A stretch of 64,000 nucleotides of DNA from Cyanidioschyzon merolae (Eukaryota), in the NCBI GenBank assembly GCA_000091205.1, contig AP006490.2. One strand, given 5' to 3'. The notes beneath the pieces are model-generated. The model worked only from the letters and a program-made list of their open reading frames with translations, was not told the origin of the DNA and did no database searches. A program made the translations under genes and the position numbers. Positions 32,787 to 43,800 of the stretch are shown here, piece after piece (the first letter of the stretch is position 1; each line of letters starts with the position of its first letter).

Positions 32787-34966
32787 TCGCAAACGCGTGC
32801 ACCGAAAGAAACTGGTGCCGGAAACTCGAACTCGCGACGCAGTTGATTCGCGGTGATGTATGCCATGCGCTGTGATCCGACAATGCGGTGCAACGCCAGG
32901 GCATCATCTGGCATGATGAACAGCGTGCATGCTTGTCGGAAACTCGACCCAGAGGCTTCTAAACTCGCAACGAGCTCGGTGTAGAACTGGGGGAATTGAG
33001 GAACTCCGTAGAAGAAGATGTACTGGGAGCCTCGAAGATGATAGCGGCGATAGAAATGGAAACGCTCGGTAACGAGGAGGAAGCGTACGCGCCCTTCGAA
33101 GAAAAGCAGGCGATAGCGACTGATATCCTGAGGTTTGCTGTACTCGGAGCAGGCTGCGAAACTGAGTTTCGAGGCCGGGTAGACCGCTTGCTCTGTCCAT
33201 TTGCGGAAGAGGTTGCGCACCCGCACAAAATCGAAATACGAGGGAATGTAGATTAGAATGTGCGTGTGCGTACTCTGGACAAGTTTCGGTAACCAGTCGT
33301 GGGAAAACGCAGCAAATCGCAGCTCTGCCGCCTCCACCGCCGAAAGTGTGTTCGTTGCAGCGCCTTCGCGTCCCGACCCGGTGCCGTGCGGTGTCGCGAG
33401 CCGGCGGAACACATGACGGACTCGTCTGGGTGCTGGAATATCCGCGATCACCCCAGCGTGCCGTGTTCGAAGTAGTTTTAGCACGCCACTTACATTACCT
33501 TGGTGATCTCTTCGCGCTAGACGGAACCATGCATGGCATTCGGGAAAATCAAATGCCGACAAGAGAATATCCTGGCGGTAGGCCGCAGCGTGGTCTTCAA
33601 GAAAGCGCTGCTCCACTCGTGAAAAGTCTGTCTTTTGCGGCACCTGAGCCGGCATTCTGTTCACGGCCTCTCGCACAACGCGCAGCAAATGGTCCCAGTT
33701 CTGCATGAGCATCATATGCGACCGTAAAATCACCGCGATTTCAATACTGGAAAGTGGATCTGCTGCACCGCCTCGCATGCCGCCCTTGTCGGGATCGTCG
33801 AGCACACGCTGGAGGCCCAGCGGGGACACAACCACAAAGTCAGAGTCCGCGAAATCCGCGAAAAAGTGGAGGGATCGGCGCTCAACGCGAACCCCCAGAC
33901 GAAAGTCATCATCGATATTGCCTTTGAATGCGGCTCGGTGGTCGCGAGGTTTTGCACGCCAATGTCGAGCGCGGCTGGTATCTGCACCTGGATCAGGCAC
34001 CGGTTCCGTAGGCGGCACCAGTAAAGTGTTCGGCTCTTCGGAGACAGTCCCATCGTCTGCGTCGGGTCCGAATGCTCCCTCAAAGCGCTGCGCGTGCCCG
34101 ATCTGCCGTGGGTTCAGGTATCTGAGCACCGCAGACAGGAACGCATACGCTACCTGCCGGGTTGGCGCAAAGACAAGCACTCGAGCGCGACTGAGGCCCC
34201 GGTCACGGTACTGATCCCAGTCGTCGTCGACGACAGACGCACCCGGCCGCTGTGCCAGCTGCACATTGTGCTGCTCCTGTCGCGCCTGTGCCTGCAGAAT
34301 GTGCGCACAAGTGTAGGCCGCAACGATCTCCAGGTGAAGCTGCTCCTCGTCAACGGAATCGATACAAGCAAGCAGAACATCGGCCTTGGTAACGAGAGCT
34401 CGAGCGAAGCACAGACCGCGCTGCAGGAGCAGGTCGCGCTCTCCGTAACGAAAAGGCGCCGAGGCGGCAACGTCCCCGGCACTAGGATCCACCAGTGCCG
34501 CGAGGCGCCGCTGGAGCATGGGCGTAGCCGCCACCAGGTCTGGTATGGAGCATAGTCGACGCTGCGCCTCTTCATAACGTTTTCTGGTGACGTGTCCTTT
34601 CACAGCGGACGCAAAAATGTCCGGTGCATCCCAGGAACGGGCGTGCGCTCCAGTGACTGGCTCCGTGTCCATGCAGTTCGCCTCGCAGCGTTGCCACGTA
34701 AGGGCATCTTCCGTGGCGTCCGCCGCCGTGGGGCTCAAGCTCAGGTGCTCGCGTAGCATCTGGACGCTCAGGTGCTCAGAGGCGCTCTCCGGTGCAGGTC
34801 GCTGGCAAGTCTGGCGATCGGAAACAGACGAGCCTACGGTGTTCGCCTTTGAGGTAACACCACCAGCTTTCGTTGCTGTTTCGAAGGTCAGGGAGTCAGC
34901 TTCGTCGGCGCCGCGCTGATCGCCTACCACGACAGACGCCCGACGCTTCCCCGCTTCGGCGCGCAT
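32783..34966 (-). CDS. Utp25 / digestive-organ expansion factor (DEF) homolog, nucleolar SSU processome protein
   Basis: 727-aa ORF whose C-terminal half matches Utp25/DUF1253 (FLLVTERFHFYRRYHLRGSQYIFFYGVPQFPQFYTELV, RMAYITANQLRR). Its stop overlaps the kinase stop by 4 nt (convergent). Confidence 0.7.
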   Translation of the reverse strand: MRAEAGKRRASVVVGDQRGADEADSLTFETATKAGGVTSKANTVGSSVSDRQTCQRPAPESASEHLSVQMLREHLSLSPTAADATEDALTWQRCEANCMDTEPVTGAHARSWDAPDIFASAVKGHVTRKRYEEAQRRLCSIPDLVAATPMLQRRLAALVDPSAGDVAASAPFRYGERDLLLQRGLCFARALVTKADVLLACIDSVDEEQLHLEIVAAYTCAHILQAQARQEQHNVQLAQRPGASVVDDDWDQYRDRGLSRARVLVFAPTRQVAYAFLSAVLRYLNPRQIGHAQRFEGAFGPDADDGTVSEEPNTLLVPPTEPVPDPGADTSRARHWRAKPRDHRAAFKGNIDDDFRLGVRVERRSLHFFADFADSDFVVVSPLGLQRVLDDPDKGGMRGGAADPLSSIEIAVILRSHMMLMQNWDHLLRVVREAVNRMPAQVPQKTDFSRVEQRFLEDHAAAYRQDILLSAFDFPECHAWFRLARRDHQGNVSGVLKLLRTRHAGVIADIPAPRRVRHVFRRLATPHGTGSGREGAATNTLSAVEAAELRFAAFSHDWLPKLVQSTHTHILIYIPSYFDFVRVRNLFRKWTEQAVYPASKLSFAACSEYSKPQDISRYRLLFFEGRVRFLLVTERFHFYRRYHLRGSQYIFFYGVPQFPQFYTELVASLEASGSSFRQACTLFIMPDDALALHRIVGSQRMAYITANQLRREFEFPAPVSFGARVCD

Positions 34967-35108
34967 GGCAGCAAGCGCCCAAAACTAGGCCCTCCTGATA
35001 CCAGGCGCCGCTCACTGGTCCGCAGCACTCCACGAGCAAGAGCTCTGAACGTCGTCTGTGAAACCGCTGCGGTACCAGAAACAACAGCTTCGTAAAATAC
35101 TGCTATTG

Positions 35109-35149
<41 letters not shown>

Positions 35150-35842
35150 GCCATCGATCCTGCGTTCGCGAATCGCCACCGAGACGCCGCTGCGGTGACG
35201 TCGGCGGAAGCGCGCTGTCGGCTGGGAGCGTCCACAGGGACACGCACCCGTATCGCCTGGATCGCTATTGGGGAGTGTGGGTCATGGAACTTGGAGATAG
35301 AATGTGGAACGATAGCTGCTTTACCAGTTTCTAATACCAAACGCGCCATCGGAAATCCCCTGGTCTACTTAAACGCTCTTTCTACAATGGAGCGGTGCAC
35401 AAGCATCGCCTGGATCTTTTGGAGCGGCGATTCACTCGCTGGAGACCGCCACCGCCGTCGCGCGCCGGCAGCGCAGGCGTCCCGCGACTCCCGAAACTGC
35501 CTCGTGCGCTACATATTCTTTTGACCAAACGCGGCACTGAACGTCGTTCGAAAGAGGCGTCCTGTTTGACCGCGAACGTCGGGTTCTTGCCAGAACTTTC
35601 TCCCACGCTTAGTAGAACCGCAAAACGCTGTATGAACGCGTTGGTTGCGGTGTGCAGCGAACGCAGCGAGCGAAACTGGCGAACGCTTCGTACGAACATA
35701 GCGCTGGAGCGGGGAGTGCGGGTCTCGAAACTGCCGCGTTACCGGTGGCGATGCGCATGGACTTGCACGTGAACTGCCTGCTTGGAGAATAGACTATCAA
35801 CTACGGCTCTGATAAGAGAGAATCCGTTTCGAGTTTCACGTC
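34967..35842. promoter_or_regulatory. Putative bidirectional promoter between divergent Utp25 and eIF5, containing a (GCT)n microsatellite
   Basis: Inferred only from the divergent gene arrangement. (GCT)13 at about 35110-35148. Confidence 0.3.
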
Positions 35843-37717
35843 ATGGAGCTGGGAGGATCTTCCGGACTCGTCAATATCGGAGGCGGTAGTGAAGATGCGC
35901 ACTACCGCTACAAGATGCCTCGCATCATGGGCAAGATTGAGGGCAGGGGGAACGGCATCAAAACAAGAATCGTGAACTGCTCCCAAATTGCCAAGGCGCT
36001 GCACCGGCCGCCGGGGTATATCTGCAAGTTCTTCGGCTGTGAGCTCGGAGCGCAGACCAAGATCAGCGATGATGAAGATGTATACATCGTGAACGGCGCG
36101 CATGATCAGAAACTGTTAGCCGACACGCTTGACAAATTCGTGCGGATGTTTGTTTTGTGTCCAAGCTGCAATATGCCGGAGACGGACCTCGTCATCGATA
36201 AGCGCGGCAACATATACCACGTCTGTAACGCGTGCGGTGCGCAACATCTCGTTGACATGAGCCACCGCGTGACCACCTACATGTTGAACAACCCCCCTGA
36301 TGGCGCTAGATCGAAGAAATCTGGCAAGTCGAAAAAGGAGCGGAAGGAGTCGAAGAAAAAGAAAGGGCACGAAAAAGGCTCAAATGTACACGAGGAGGCA
36401 CCGGATGCGGACGACGCACCTGATTCCGGAACGGACGGCAAAACGAAAAAGAAAAAATCGAGCAAGCGGCGAGATGGGGAAACAGAAGAGGCGTACCGCG
36501 AGCGCCGAGCGGCAGAGAAGGCGGCGCGTCGTCAGGAACGTGCTGCGCAAAAGGCTGGTGCGTCTGCTCCCTGGCACGCAAATGGAACCGAAGCGCTCGT
36601 TGCACCCACGGATTTGGACGCGTTGGCTCAAGAAGCGGAGGCCATGAACGCTGCACTGAATCAGAGACGTCGCCAGACAAATGCTACCGGCCAGGAGGAC
36701 TCTGAGCTGGACGAATCCGGTAGCGGCGATACCAGCCCGAGCTCACCAGCCGCTGCGCAGCCGCATGGATTCCCGTCTGATGCGGCTCAGCGGCACGCTG
36801 GCGATCGCGGCATGCGCACGGCATCCCACAAGTCCGGTGGGCATCTCGAGAGCGATCGCAATGCGTTGCGTCCAAATGGTGACCACCACTACAACGACGA
36901 TGACGACCATGAAGATGATGATGACGACGATGACGACGACGGCGAAGACCCGCAAGCAGACGGCGACTGGACTGCACACGACGATCAGACGACGTCCCAA
37001 ATGAAACTGGCGGCTGCGAGAGCAGCGGCGCTCCTGACCAATGCCGGAGTGAATGGCAACGGGGAATCGCCTCAGCGTGCCGTGAGCAAGACAACGTCGA
37101 AACTGGACGAACTGCACCTCGTCAGTAGCAAAGGAACAGTGCAACGCGCTACCACAGATGTGTCCGTGGACGACGAGAAGCTGGATCGTTTTGAAGCGTG
37201 GCTTCGCCAAGGTCACCATTCTCCCGCGTCCATTGCCAGCGAAGCGCGCAAATATTTCCCGAACGATAGCGCCAGTGCTGCGCAAGCGATCTTTTGTGCT
37301 GTTGTTGCGCACGCCGCGCATCCGGAATGCAGACCCGGAGAATCCCCCGCGCGGCACGCAGTGCACGCAGTCGATGCGCTGCGTGCGCTTTCGCTCAATC
37401 ACGCAGCACAGGCGCGCCTGTTGGATGCGTTCGAGGCATTGGCGGGGGTCGGATCGGACGAGGCGCGCAACCTAGCGCCCTCGGATGTGCAGCGTGGAGC
37501 CAAGCTTAGTCTCCAGAGTCGTCTGAATTCGATACCCCACATCCTGAAACTGTTTTATGATGAGGATATTCTGGATGAACAGGTGATTATCGATTGGTTT
37601 ACTCGGAGATCGCCAGGTTCATCGACCGCGGCGGGCGAGCGGGCACGGGATGCGGCCAAGCCGCTCGTTGAATGGCTGCAGCAACCCAGCGAGGCAGAGG
37701 ACAGTACTGAGGAATAG
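35843..37717 (+). CDS. Translation initiation factor eIF5 (eIF2beta/eIF5 N-domain plus acidic linker plus W2 domain)
   Basis: YRYKMPRIMGKIEGRGNGIKTRIVNCSQIAKALHRPPGYICKFFGCELGAQT...VLCPSCNMPETDL closely matches the eIF5 N-terminus. C-terminal W2-like region with an acidic tail. Confidence 0.9.
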   Translation: MELGGSSGLVNIGGGSEDAHYRYKMPRIMGKIEGRGNGIKTRIVNCSQIAKALHRPPGYICKFFGCELGAQTKISDDEDVYIVNGAHDQKLLADTLDKFVRMFVLCPSCNMPETDLVIDKRGNIYHVCNACGAQHLVDMSHRVTTYMLNNPPDGARSKKSGKSKKERKESKKKKGHEKGSNVHEEAPDADDAPDSGTDGKTKKKKSSKRRDGETEEAYRERRAAEKAARRQERAAQKAGASAPWHANGTEALVAPTDLDALAQEAEAMNAALNQRRRQTNATGQEDSELDESGSGDTSPSSPAAAQPHGFPSDAAQRHAGDRGMRTASHKSGGHLESDRNALRPNGDHHYNDDDDHEDDDDDDDDDGEDPQADGDWTAHDDQTTSQMKLAAARAAALLTNAGVNGNGESPQRAVSKTTSKLDELHLVSSKGTVQRATTDVSVDDEKLDRFEAWLRQGHHSPASIASEARKYFPNDSASAAQAIFCAVVAHAAHPECRPGESPARHAVHAVDALRALSLNHAAQARLLDAFEALAGVGSDEARNLAPSDVQRGAKLSLQSRLNSIPHILKLFYDEDILDEQVIIDWFTRRSPGSSTAAGERARDAAKPLVEWLQQPSEAEDSTEE

Positions 37718-37999
37718 AGGAAAGCATGACTCCACCGAAAGTGAATGCGAAAAACGGATCTGCAAGGAGCGTAAAACGATTGTCGACGGCTTGATTGCGG
37801 GTCGCGTGTCGCTGGCGCGCATTCCATATCCCGATATCCGTTCCGAGTCCGTGCAAAGCGCTGCGTTTGAGCATGTCATGGAGCGGAAGCGAGACACTTT
37901 TCATTTTGAGGCCGCTTATTCTCGATTCCCTACATAGACGAAGAGCGGTGATTCACGGTCTGTTTAGGTGATCGCGGTCCACGGATCGTCCCGGTCGCG

Positions 38000-40264
38000 C
38001 TAGTGACTGCGTTCGACACCGGCGAGGCGCTCAGCGAGACTGAGCGGACGCGGCGGCAGTACCGGCATCGTGTCGGGCGCCTGCGAGAGACGGGCGTATT
38101 GCTCGCTGTCCAGGCGTTGTTGTTGTTGTTGTTTCTCTTGGGCTTTGCGTTGTTCGCTCTCGCGCTGCTGTCGTGCTTGTTCTTTCTGCGCGAACGCAGC
38201 GGCGGTGGCGGCGAGGCGATCCCTTTGGATGCGACGGTACAAGCTGACTTGTTCACCAAGTCTCGGGATATTGCGTAGGAAATAGTCCTCTGGACGTTTG
38301 CCCGTGCGCGTTTCAAACACATCGACCATGCCGACGTCGTCGATAACGAATTCGGTGTCGTTCGTACCGATATATTCGCTGTCCATCGCAGTGCCAAGCG
38401 CGGGTGATCCGGAAGCAGAGGCGGTTGCGGCGCGATGCCTGAGCAGCGCCCGGTACTTGAGACAGAAAAGCGCAGCGAGCACTTGTTCGGTGCTGTGGTC
38501 CGCAGACCCGCCCAAACCTAGGTATTGTGAGAGCTTCTGTACGTCTATGGTGCGATAGATGCGTAGATAGGAGCTCAGCTGCGCAGGCAGACCTGATTCG
38601 CTCTGTGCAACTTGCTGCAGAAACACCTCACGACAGGTGTTCGCAACGCTCGGTTGCAGAAACTTGGGACACGCATGATTATAAAGTTCTTCGAAAGCAC
38701 TCAGATCGCCCTGTCGTATGCGCGTGGTGCGATCGCCGAGTTTTTCTCTCAGCCAACTGTTCATGGAATCGTCGAGACGGTTCCGCCCTAGGCACTGAGC
38801 TAACGAGAGGAGCGCAAGCATCTGATCAATCCGCTTGTTCACCTGTTCATATTGGAAGGATCGGACGTGGATATGTTTGGTGCGCGTGATGTGCACGATG
38901 GTCGGCTGCAACGCTCTAATCGCCTCCTCGTAGCGTCGAAGCATCAGCGCGCTGAATCCTATGTAGTAGTACACGGCTACATGGCAGGCGGTAACGTGGG
39001 TATGCAGCCGCAAACGGAGGTCTGTTGATTGCATGAGGCTGCCTTCGGTTCCCGCAGGCTCTGCGTTAGCGGCACTGGGGATAGGTTTTTCTCGCGAAGC
39101 CCTGGCAACTGCGGAAATGGTTACAGAGCGAATCCACTCGGTTTCAAATAGTGATGGAGGATCTAAAACTGAAAGCGCCGCGAAGAAATCTCCCGTGGCA
39201 CAGTGCAAGCGTAATAAACCGACCATCGCAAAATAACCGAGGTAGCGATACAGCAGCGAGTCGGCAGCCAGACAGCGTTCAGGGGCGAGTGTACCTAGAT
39301 CCTCATCCGCATCCGTTAGGCTCTGGTCTTCAGAATCGTTGGCCATGTCTTCTTCATCTTCTTCTGCAGCTCCAGGTGCACCGCGAAAGTCTTCAGCATC
39401 ATCCTCGTGGACGCCGATATTGTCAGGGCTCGCCTCCCCAGCTCCGCCCCCGGTATCTTTGGCAGTTTCCTCGGCAGAGTCGCCTCTTGCAGCCGGCGCG
39501 ATGGAGCCCGTAGCGGCTGTCGCTGCGCGTGCGCCCTCTGCTGTTGCTGTTGCTGCTGCTGCGTTATTCACCGATGCAAATGGGTAGTTGTCATCGGGTT
39601 TGGGAGCACCGACCGCTTCTCGCAGCCAGCCGACGATGCCACTCTTCTCTACTAGTGTACTCAGTATCTCTAGAGTTGTTCGGACATTCCACATCGAATT
39701 CATGTTCTCCGTTTCGAGCTCTTCAAGCGTGTGCCCATCTTGGCTTCGGGCGCGATACTGATGGTAGTCCTCAAACTGGTAGAGAAACTCGTCGATCAGA
39801 TCCCAGAGCCAGGAGGCTGGCAGCGCACACTCCTGCAGGTGCCCCTGGGCAAAATGCGCAAACAGAGCAAGATAGTTTGACCACGACTGGGACCTCTGTT
39901 TCAGGGTCGGGTGCAGCCTCATGTGCATATGTCTATATCCCAGTTCTTGGTAAAGCAGCATGAATAGCTCGATGTAACTAGGGGCATGCCCAGCAGCAGC
40001 GTTCGCCGATTCGTCGTCGTCGTCAGCTTCGGTACCGCGCTGCACCTTGGCCTCCAAATCTCGCAGTAGCTCACGCACAACAGATGATTGCGGCAGCAGG
40101 CAACTTTTGTAGAAGCGCTCAGCGATACGCGTGAAGCCACTCTCGTAGAGGCCGTGTACTGCCACGCTGTCACCGTCCACGAACTTGTTATAAAAGTTTA
40201 CCAAGTACTGCGATACCTCTTCGGGGAGCGTTGATTTCCGCGGATCAACGATTGTTTCAACCAT
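38000..40264 (-). CDS. Translation initiation factor eIF3 subunit L
   Basis: YIELFMLLYQELGYRHMHMRL, LPASWLWDLIDEFLYQFEDYHQYRA, YFAMVGLLRLH, YYYIGFSALMLRRYEEAIRAL and LREKLGDRTTRIRQGD align along the length of eIF3l. A lineage-specific acidic/low-complexity insert is present. Confidence 0.85.
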   Translation of the reverse strand: MVETIVDPRKSTLPEEVSQYLVNFYNKFVDGDSVAVHGLYESGFTRIAERFYKSCLLPQSSVVRELLRDLEAKVQRGTEADDDDESANAAAGHAPSYIELFMLLYQELGYRHMHMRLHPTLKQRSQSWSNYLALFAHFAQGHLQECALPASWLWDLIDEFLYQFEDYHQYRARSQDGHTLEELETENMNSMWNVRTTLEILSTLVEKSGIVGWLREAVGAPKPDDNYPFASVNNAAAATATAEGARAATAATGSIAPAARGDSAEETAKDTGGGAGEASPDNIGVHEDDAEDFRGAPGAAEEDEEDMANDSEDQSLTDADEDLGTLAPERCLAADSLLYRYLGYFAMVGLLRLHCATGDFFAALSVLDPPSLFETEWIRSVTISAVARASREKPIPSAANAEPAGTEGSLMQSTDLRLRLHTHVTACHVAVYYYIGFSALMLRRYEEAIRALQPTIVHITRTKHIHVRSFQYEQVNKRIDQMLALLSLAQCLGRNRLDDSMNSWLREKLGDRTTRIRQGDLSAFEELYNHACPKFLQPSVANTCREVFLQQVAQSESGLPAQLSSYLRIYRTIDVQKLSQYLGLGGSADHSTEQVLAALFCLKYRALLRHRAATASASGSPALGTAMDSEYIGTNDTEFVIDDVGMVDVFETRTGKRPEDYFLRNIPRLGEQVSLYRRIQRDRLAATAAAFAQKEQARQQRESEQRKAQEKQQQQQRLDSEQYARLSQAPDTMPVLPPRPLSLAERLAGVERSH

Positions 40265-40809
40265 ATTTCCGATTCCTGACTACGATCCGGCAACGGGTGG
40301 CGTGCGAAGAAACCGAGTCGTTATGCTAGGAGCAAACTGATGGAAGCAGAGTTGCCCCAGTGCGTCGAAGTGCGCACAGTCAGGCAACCGAAAAGAACGC
40401 TCTCCAAGGAAACGCGTCTGTAACAGTCTCCGTCTACCCTAGCAACCGACAAACGTTCGCCAGGAACAAGTGCTTGTGAGCGGTATATCGCGAAACTCAG
40501 CGATGAGGCGAAGAGCGCAACGTCGACGTTGACTCCGAAGCATGCATCTCGCAACACGCAGCTCTCCCTGCGGCACATCGCGGCGCGCTACGATCATCCA
40601 AGTGGCAATGCAAGCGGGATCGCGCGGCGCGCGGCATGCCATCGCAGCGTCACGTGACACCTGAGGAAGGAAACGACGGCGCCTGACTCGGAGACGCTGC
40701 TGCATGCGTGCTGCGGCGTTGCTGTCCAAGCACGTGCGTGCAACGCAGTTTGTAGACACGAGGCAAGGCTCCCATAGTCTACCACTGCGGCAACGTTTTC
40801 ACTATCTTC
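40265..40809. promoter_or_regulatory. Putative shared promoter between divergent eIF3l and eIF3a
   Basis: Inferred from the head-to-head arrangement only. Confidence 0.3.
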
Positions 40810-43800
40810 ATGAGTGGTGCTTACCCAGGGCGTTACGGTAGTATGAGCCGCGGTGGTGGTACTGGTGGTGGTGGTGGTGGTGGTGGTGGCTACGGTGGTC
40901 ACCGCGGCCGTAACCAACGGTTCGGTTCGCGTTACGGCAGGCCGATCCTCAAGCCCGAGAACGCCCTGAACCGGGCAGAGCAGCTTCTGGCAGTGGGTCA
41001 AAAGTCTGCAGCTCACGAAGCGTTGTACACGTTGATAACTGAGCATACACCGATAAACGTCGGCGGCCGCGAAGCCCAAGCACTCGTCGCCCAGGCGCAA
41101 GCGCAAGCGCAGGCTGCTGCACAGGTGGCTGCGAACGCGGCTGCCGTCGCTCAGGAGCAGGATGAAGGCGGTGCTCGCAGCACAGCTGCTGCAGCTGCAG
41201 CTGCGGCCGCGGCCGCTGCCGCAGCTGCAAGCGCGATCCAGTCGTCAACCTCAGGCTGGAGCAAAGTCCACGAGGGTATCATGATGCGGCTGGTTGAGCT
41301 CAGCGTTGAGCTTCGCCGGCCACTGGCACTCAAGGAATCGCTACACCGTTACCGTGCGCTCTGCGGAGTCGCGAACACTGCTTCCCTTGAAGCCGTTGTG
41401 CTCCATGCAGTGGAGTGCTCTGAGGCGGCGGTGGACGCGGCAAGGACGCTGGCTATGGAGAGTTTCCACGCGAGCGCCGCTGCTCAGAGCCCAATTACGG
41501 AGGACGCTGGAGATGCGGAAGGCGACGGGAATGAACTGATATCCGAGGGCACGGACGACATCGTTGCCGATGAGGTTGCTGACAGCGACGACCGCGGCAA
41601 CGCCACCGACGACGATGCCCAGCCCGCATGGGGCGTTGAGGTGCCCCAAACGCTGCTGCTTGAGGCCAATGGTATGCTTGCGTCTCGCACACGAATAGAG
41701 AGACAGCTGCTCGCACCAACCCTTATGTTCGCATGGGAAGTTTTCCGCATGTGCCTGGATATTCTCAAAAATAATATTCGTGTAGAGAAAGCGTATAATG
41801 AAGTAGCAGAGCGAGCGCTGCTTTTCACGGCAAAGTTCAATCGGGCAACGGAGTTCCGCCGATTATGCGACATTCTTCGGCAGCACATGGCAGGTTTGGT
41901 GCGTACCATTGTGCGCTCGCCGCAGAGCGAGATCGACCAGGTTCATTGGCCGACCGTCCAGCGTATGATTCGGATCCGCTTTCAGCAGGCAGATCAAGCG
42001 ATGGCCAGTGGACACTGGCAGGAGGCCTATCGTACCATGGACGACCTGCATGAACTTTTGCGGATATGTACGCGAGGTCGCAGCCCTGAAATTTTGGCTG
42101 GTTACTTTGAGCGACTCGCAACTATCTTCGAAACGACTGACAATCTACTTCTGCATGCACTTGCGCTTTACAAGTTGTATCTGGTCCGGCAGGCTGCCGC
42201 AGAGGCTCTCCAGAACCAGGATCCGAACCAGGATGCGGACGGGCAGGTTCCAGGACCCTCGTCGGAGACGCCACGAGACACAGCAGTTCGACTTTTGGTG
42301 GCGACGCTTTCCATCCCCGTCAAGGAGCTCTCTGCTCACAGTAAGGTCATGGAAGTCTTCGCCGATGCAGCGACGCTAACGAGCTTTGAGCAGGCGCGTC
42401 AGGCCAAAATGCTAGACCTGTTGCAGTGGCCAAGCGCGGCCTCTGCGGGCTCGAACGAGGCATGGGATCGCTTGATTTCAAATCCAACAAAATCGTGGCT
42501 GATCGGAGAAGTTATATCCAATGGTATTGAGGAGGCGTGCCCTGAAGCGCTTCGCGAATTGTTGTACGAATTCATCGATCCGGGACTGCTCCGCTGGAAG
42601 CAAGCGGGCAAAGCTCGACTTGGAACGCCACAGTCGCTGGCTGCTAAGGCACAGCGCTGGTTCACCAGTATGCATCTTGACGTCGGTTCCGAGGTCGCCG
42701 GAGTTACTGGCTCAGGCGGTGTCGATGGCACCGGTGGCGACTGTACCGGGGCGGGCGCACCCAGCAGCAAACCTGGCCAGAGCGCACGTGCCTCCATGAT
42801 GCCGCTGAGTCGTGCCATCATTGCTGAGCTTTTGTTACGAATCGCTCAGTACTACGACAGTTTCTTGCTGTGGGAGCTTCGCTCTATGGTGAATTTCCTT
42901 CCGTTTGTGCAGGTGCATGCCATCGTGCTCGAATTTCTTCGAGCGGAGCTGGTCCCATTTCGCCTGGATTTCCGAAAGGGTGTCCTCTATCGCTTCTGCA
43001 GAACCATAGAACAGGAGGAGCTGGGCGATGCTCTTTGTCGCATTGCCACGCGCCTGCAAGCAGCGGCTAGCACCATCACACAGCGAGCATCCACAGCGGA
43101 CGAGCATGAGATCCGTATTCTGAACGCCAAAGAGGCAGCATTTCCGTTGGAGCGCTTGGAGAGAGAGCAGCAGCGGCGCGTGACGCAGTTGGAAGTGCTG
43201 CAGTCATTCCTGAAGCAACTGGATGAGGTTGCACAACGCATGGAACGCGAGGAGCAACGCCAAGCGCAGCTTGAGGCCGCAAGACACGCCGAGGAAGAAA
43301 AGCGGCGCCTCGCAGAAGAGGCGCGTCGTCGCGAGCTCGAAGCGATCCGGCGCGAAATGGAAGAGAAAGAGCAGGCTGAATTGCGGCGTCTGAAAGCTGA
43401 AATGGATGCACGCCGAAGAGTCGGCCTCTCAGCGAGTGGTGCAGCGGCTGGGCTTGCGCTGCCCTCAAGTGTTGCTGGGATAGAATCCACCGCCGCCGGA
43501 GCGTCCCTAGGAACCGTTGGTATCGGAGTGGATAGCGTGGGCGGGGCTGGCGGGCCAGCGCGAAGCGTCTGGAGTCGCAGCGGATCCGGGACAGCGGCCG
43601 TGCTTTCCGGTGCTCGTGCAACAAGCGCGCTGCCTGGTGTTGCCGTCGACTCTGTGCCGGGCATCGGTGCCGGTGCAGCAGATGGCTTCACGGCGGTTGG
43701 CGCCGATGCACTGGATCATGACGGTGATCGCCTCAGTCGACAGGAGCTTTTGCAACAGCAGCAGCAGGAGCGTCTCCAGCAACGCAAGATGCTCGAACAA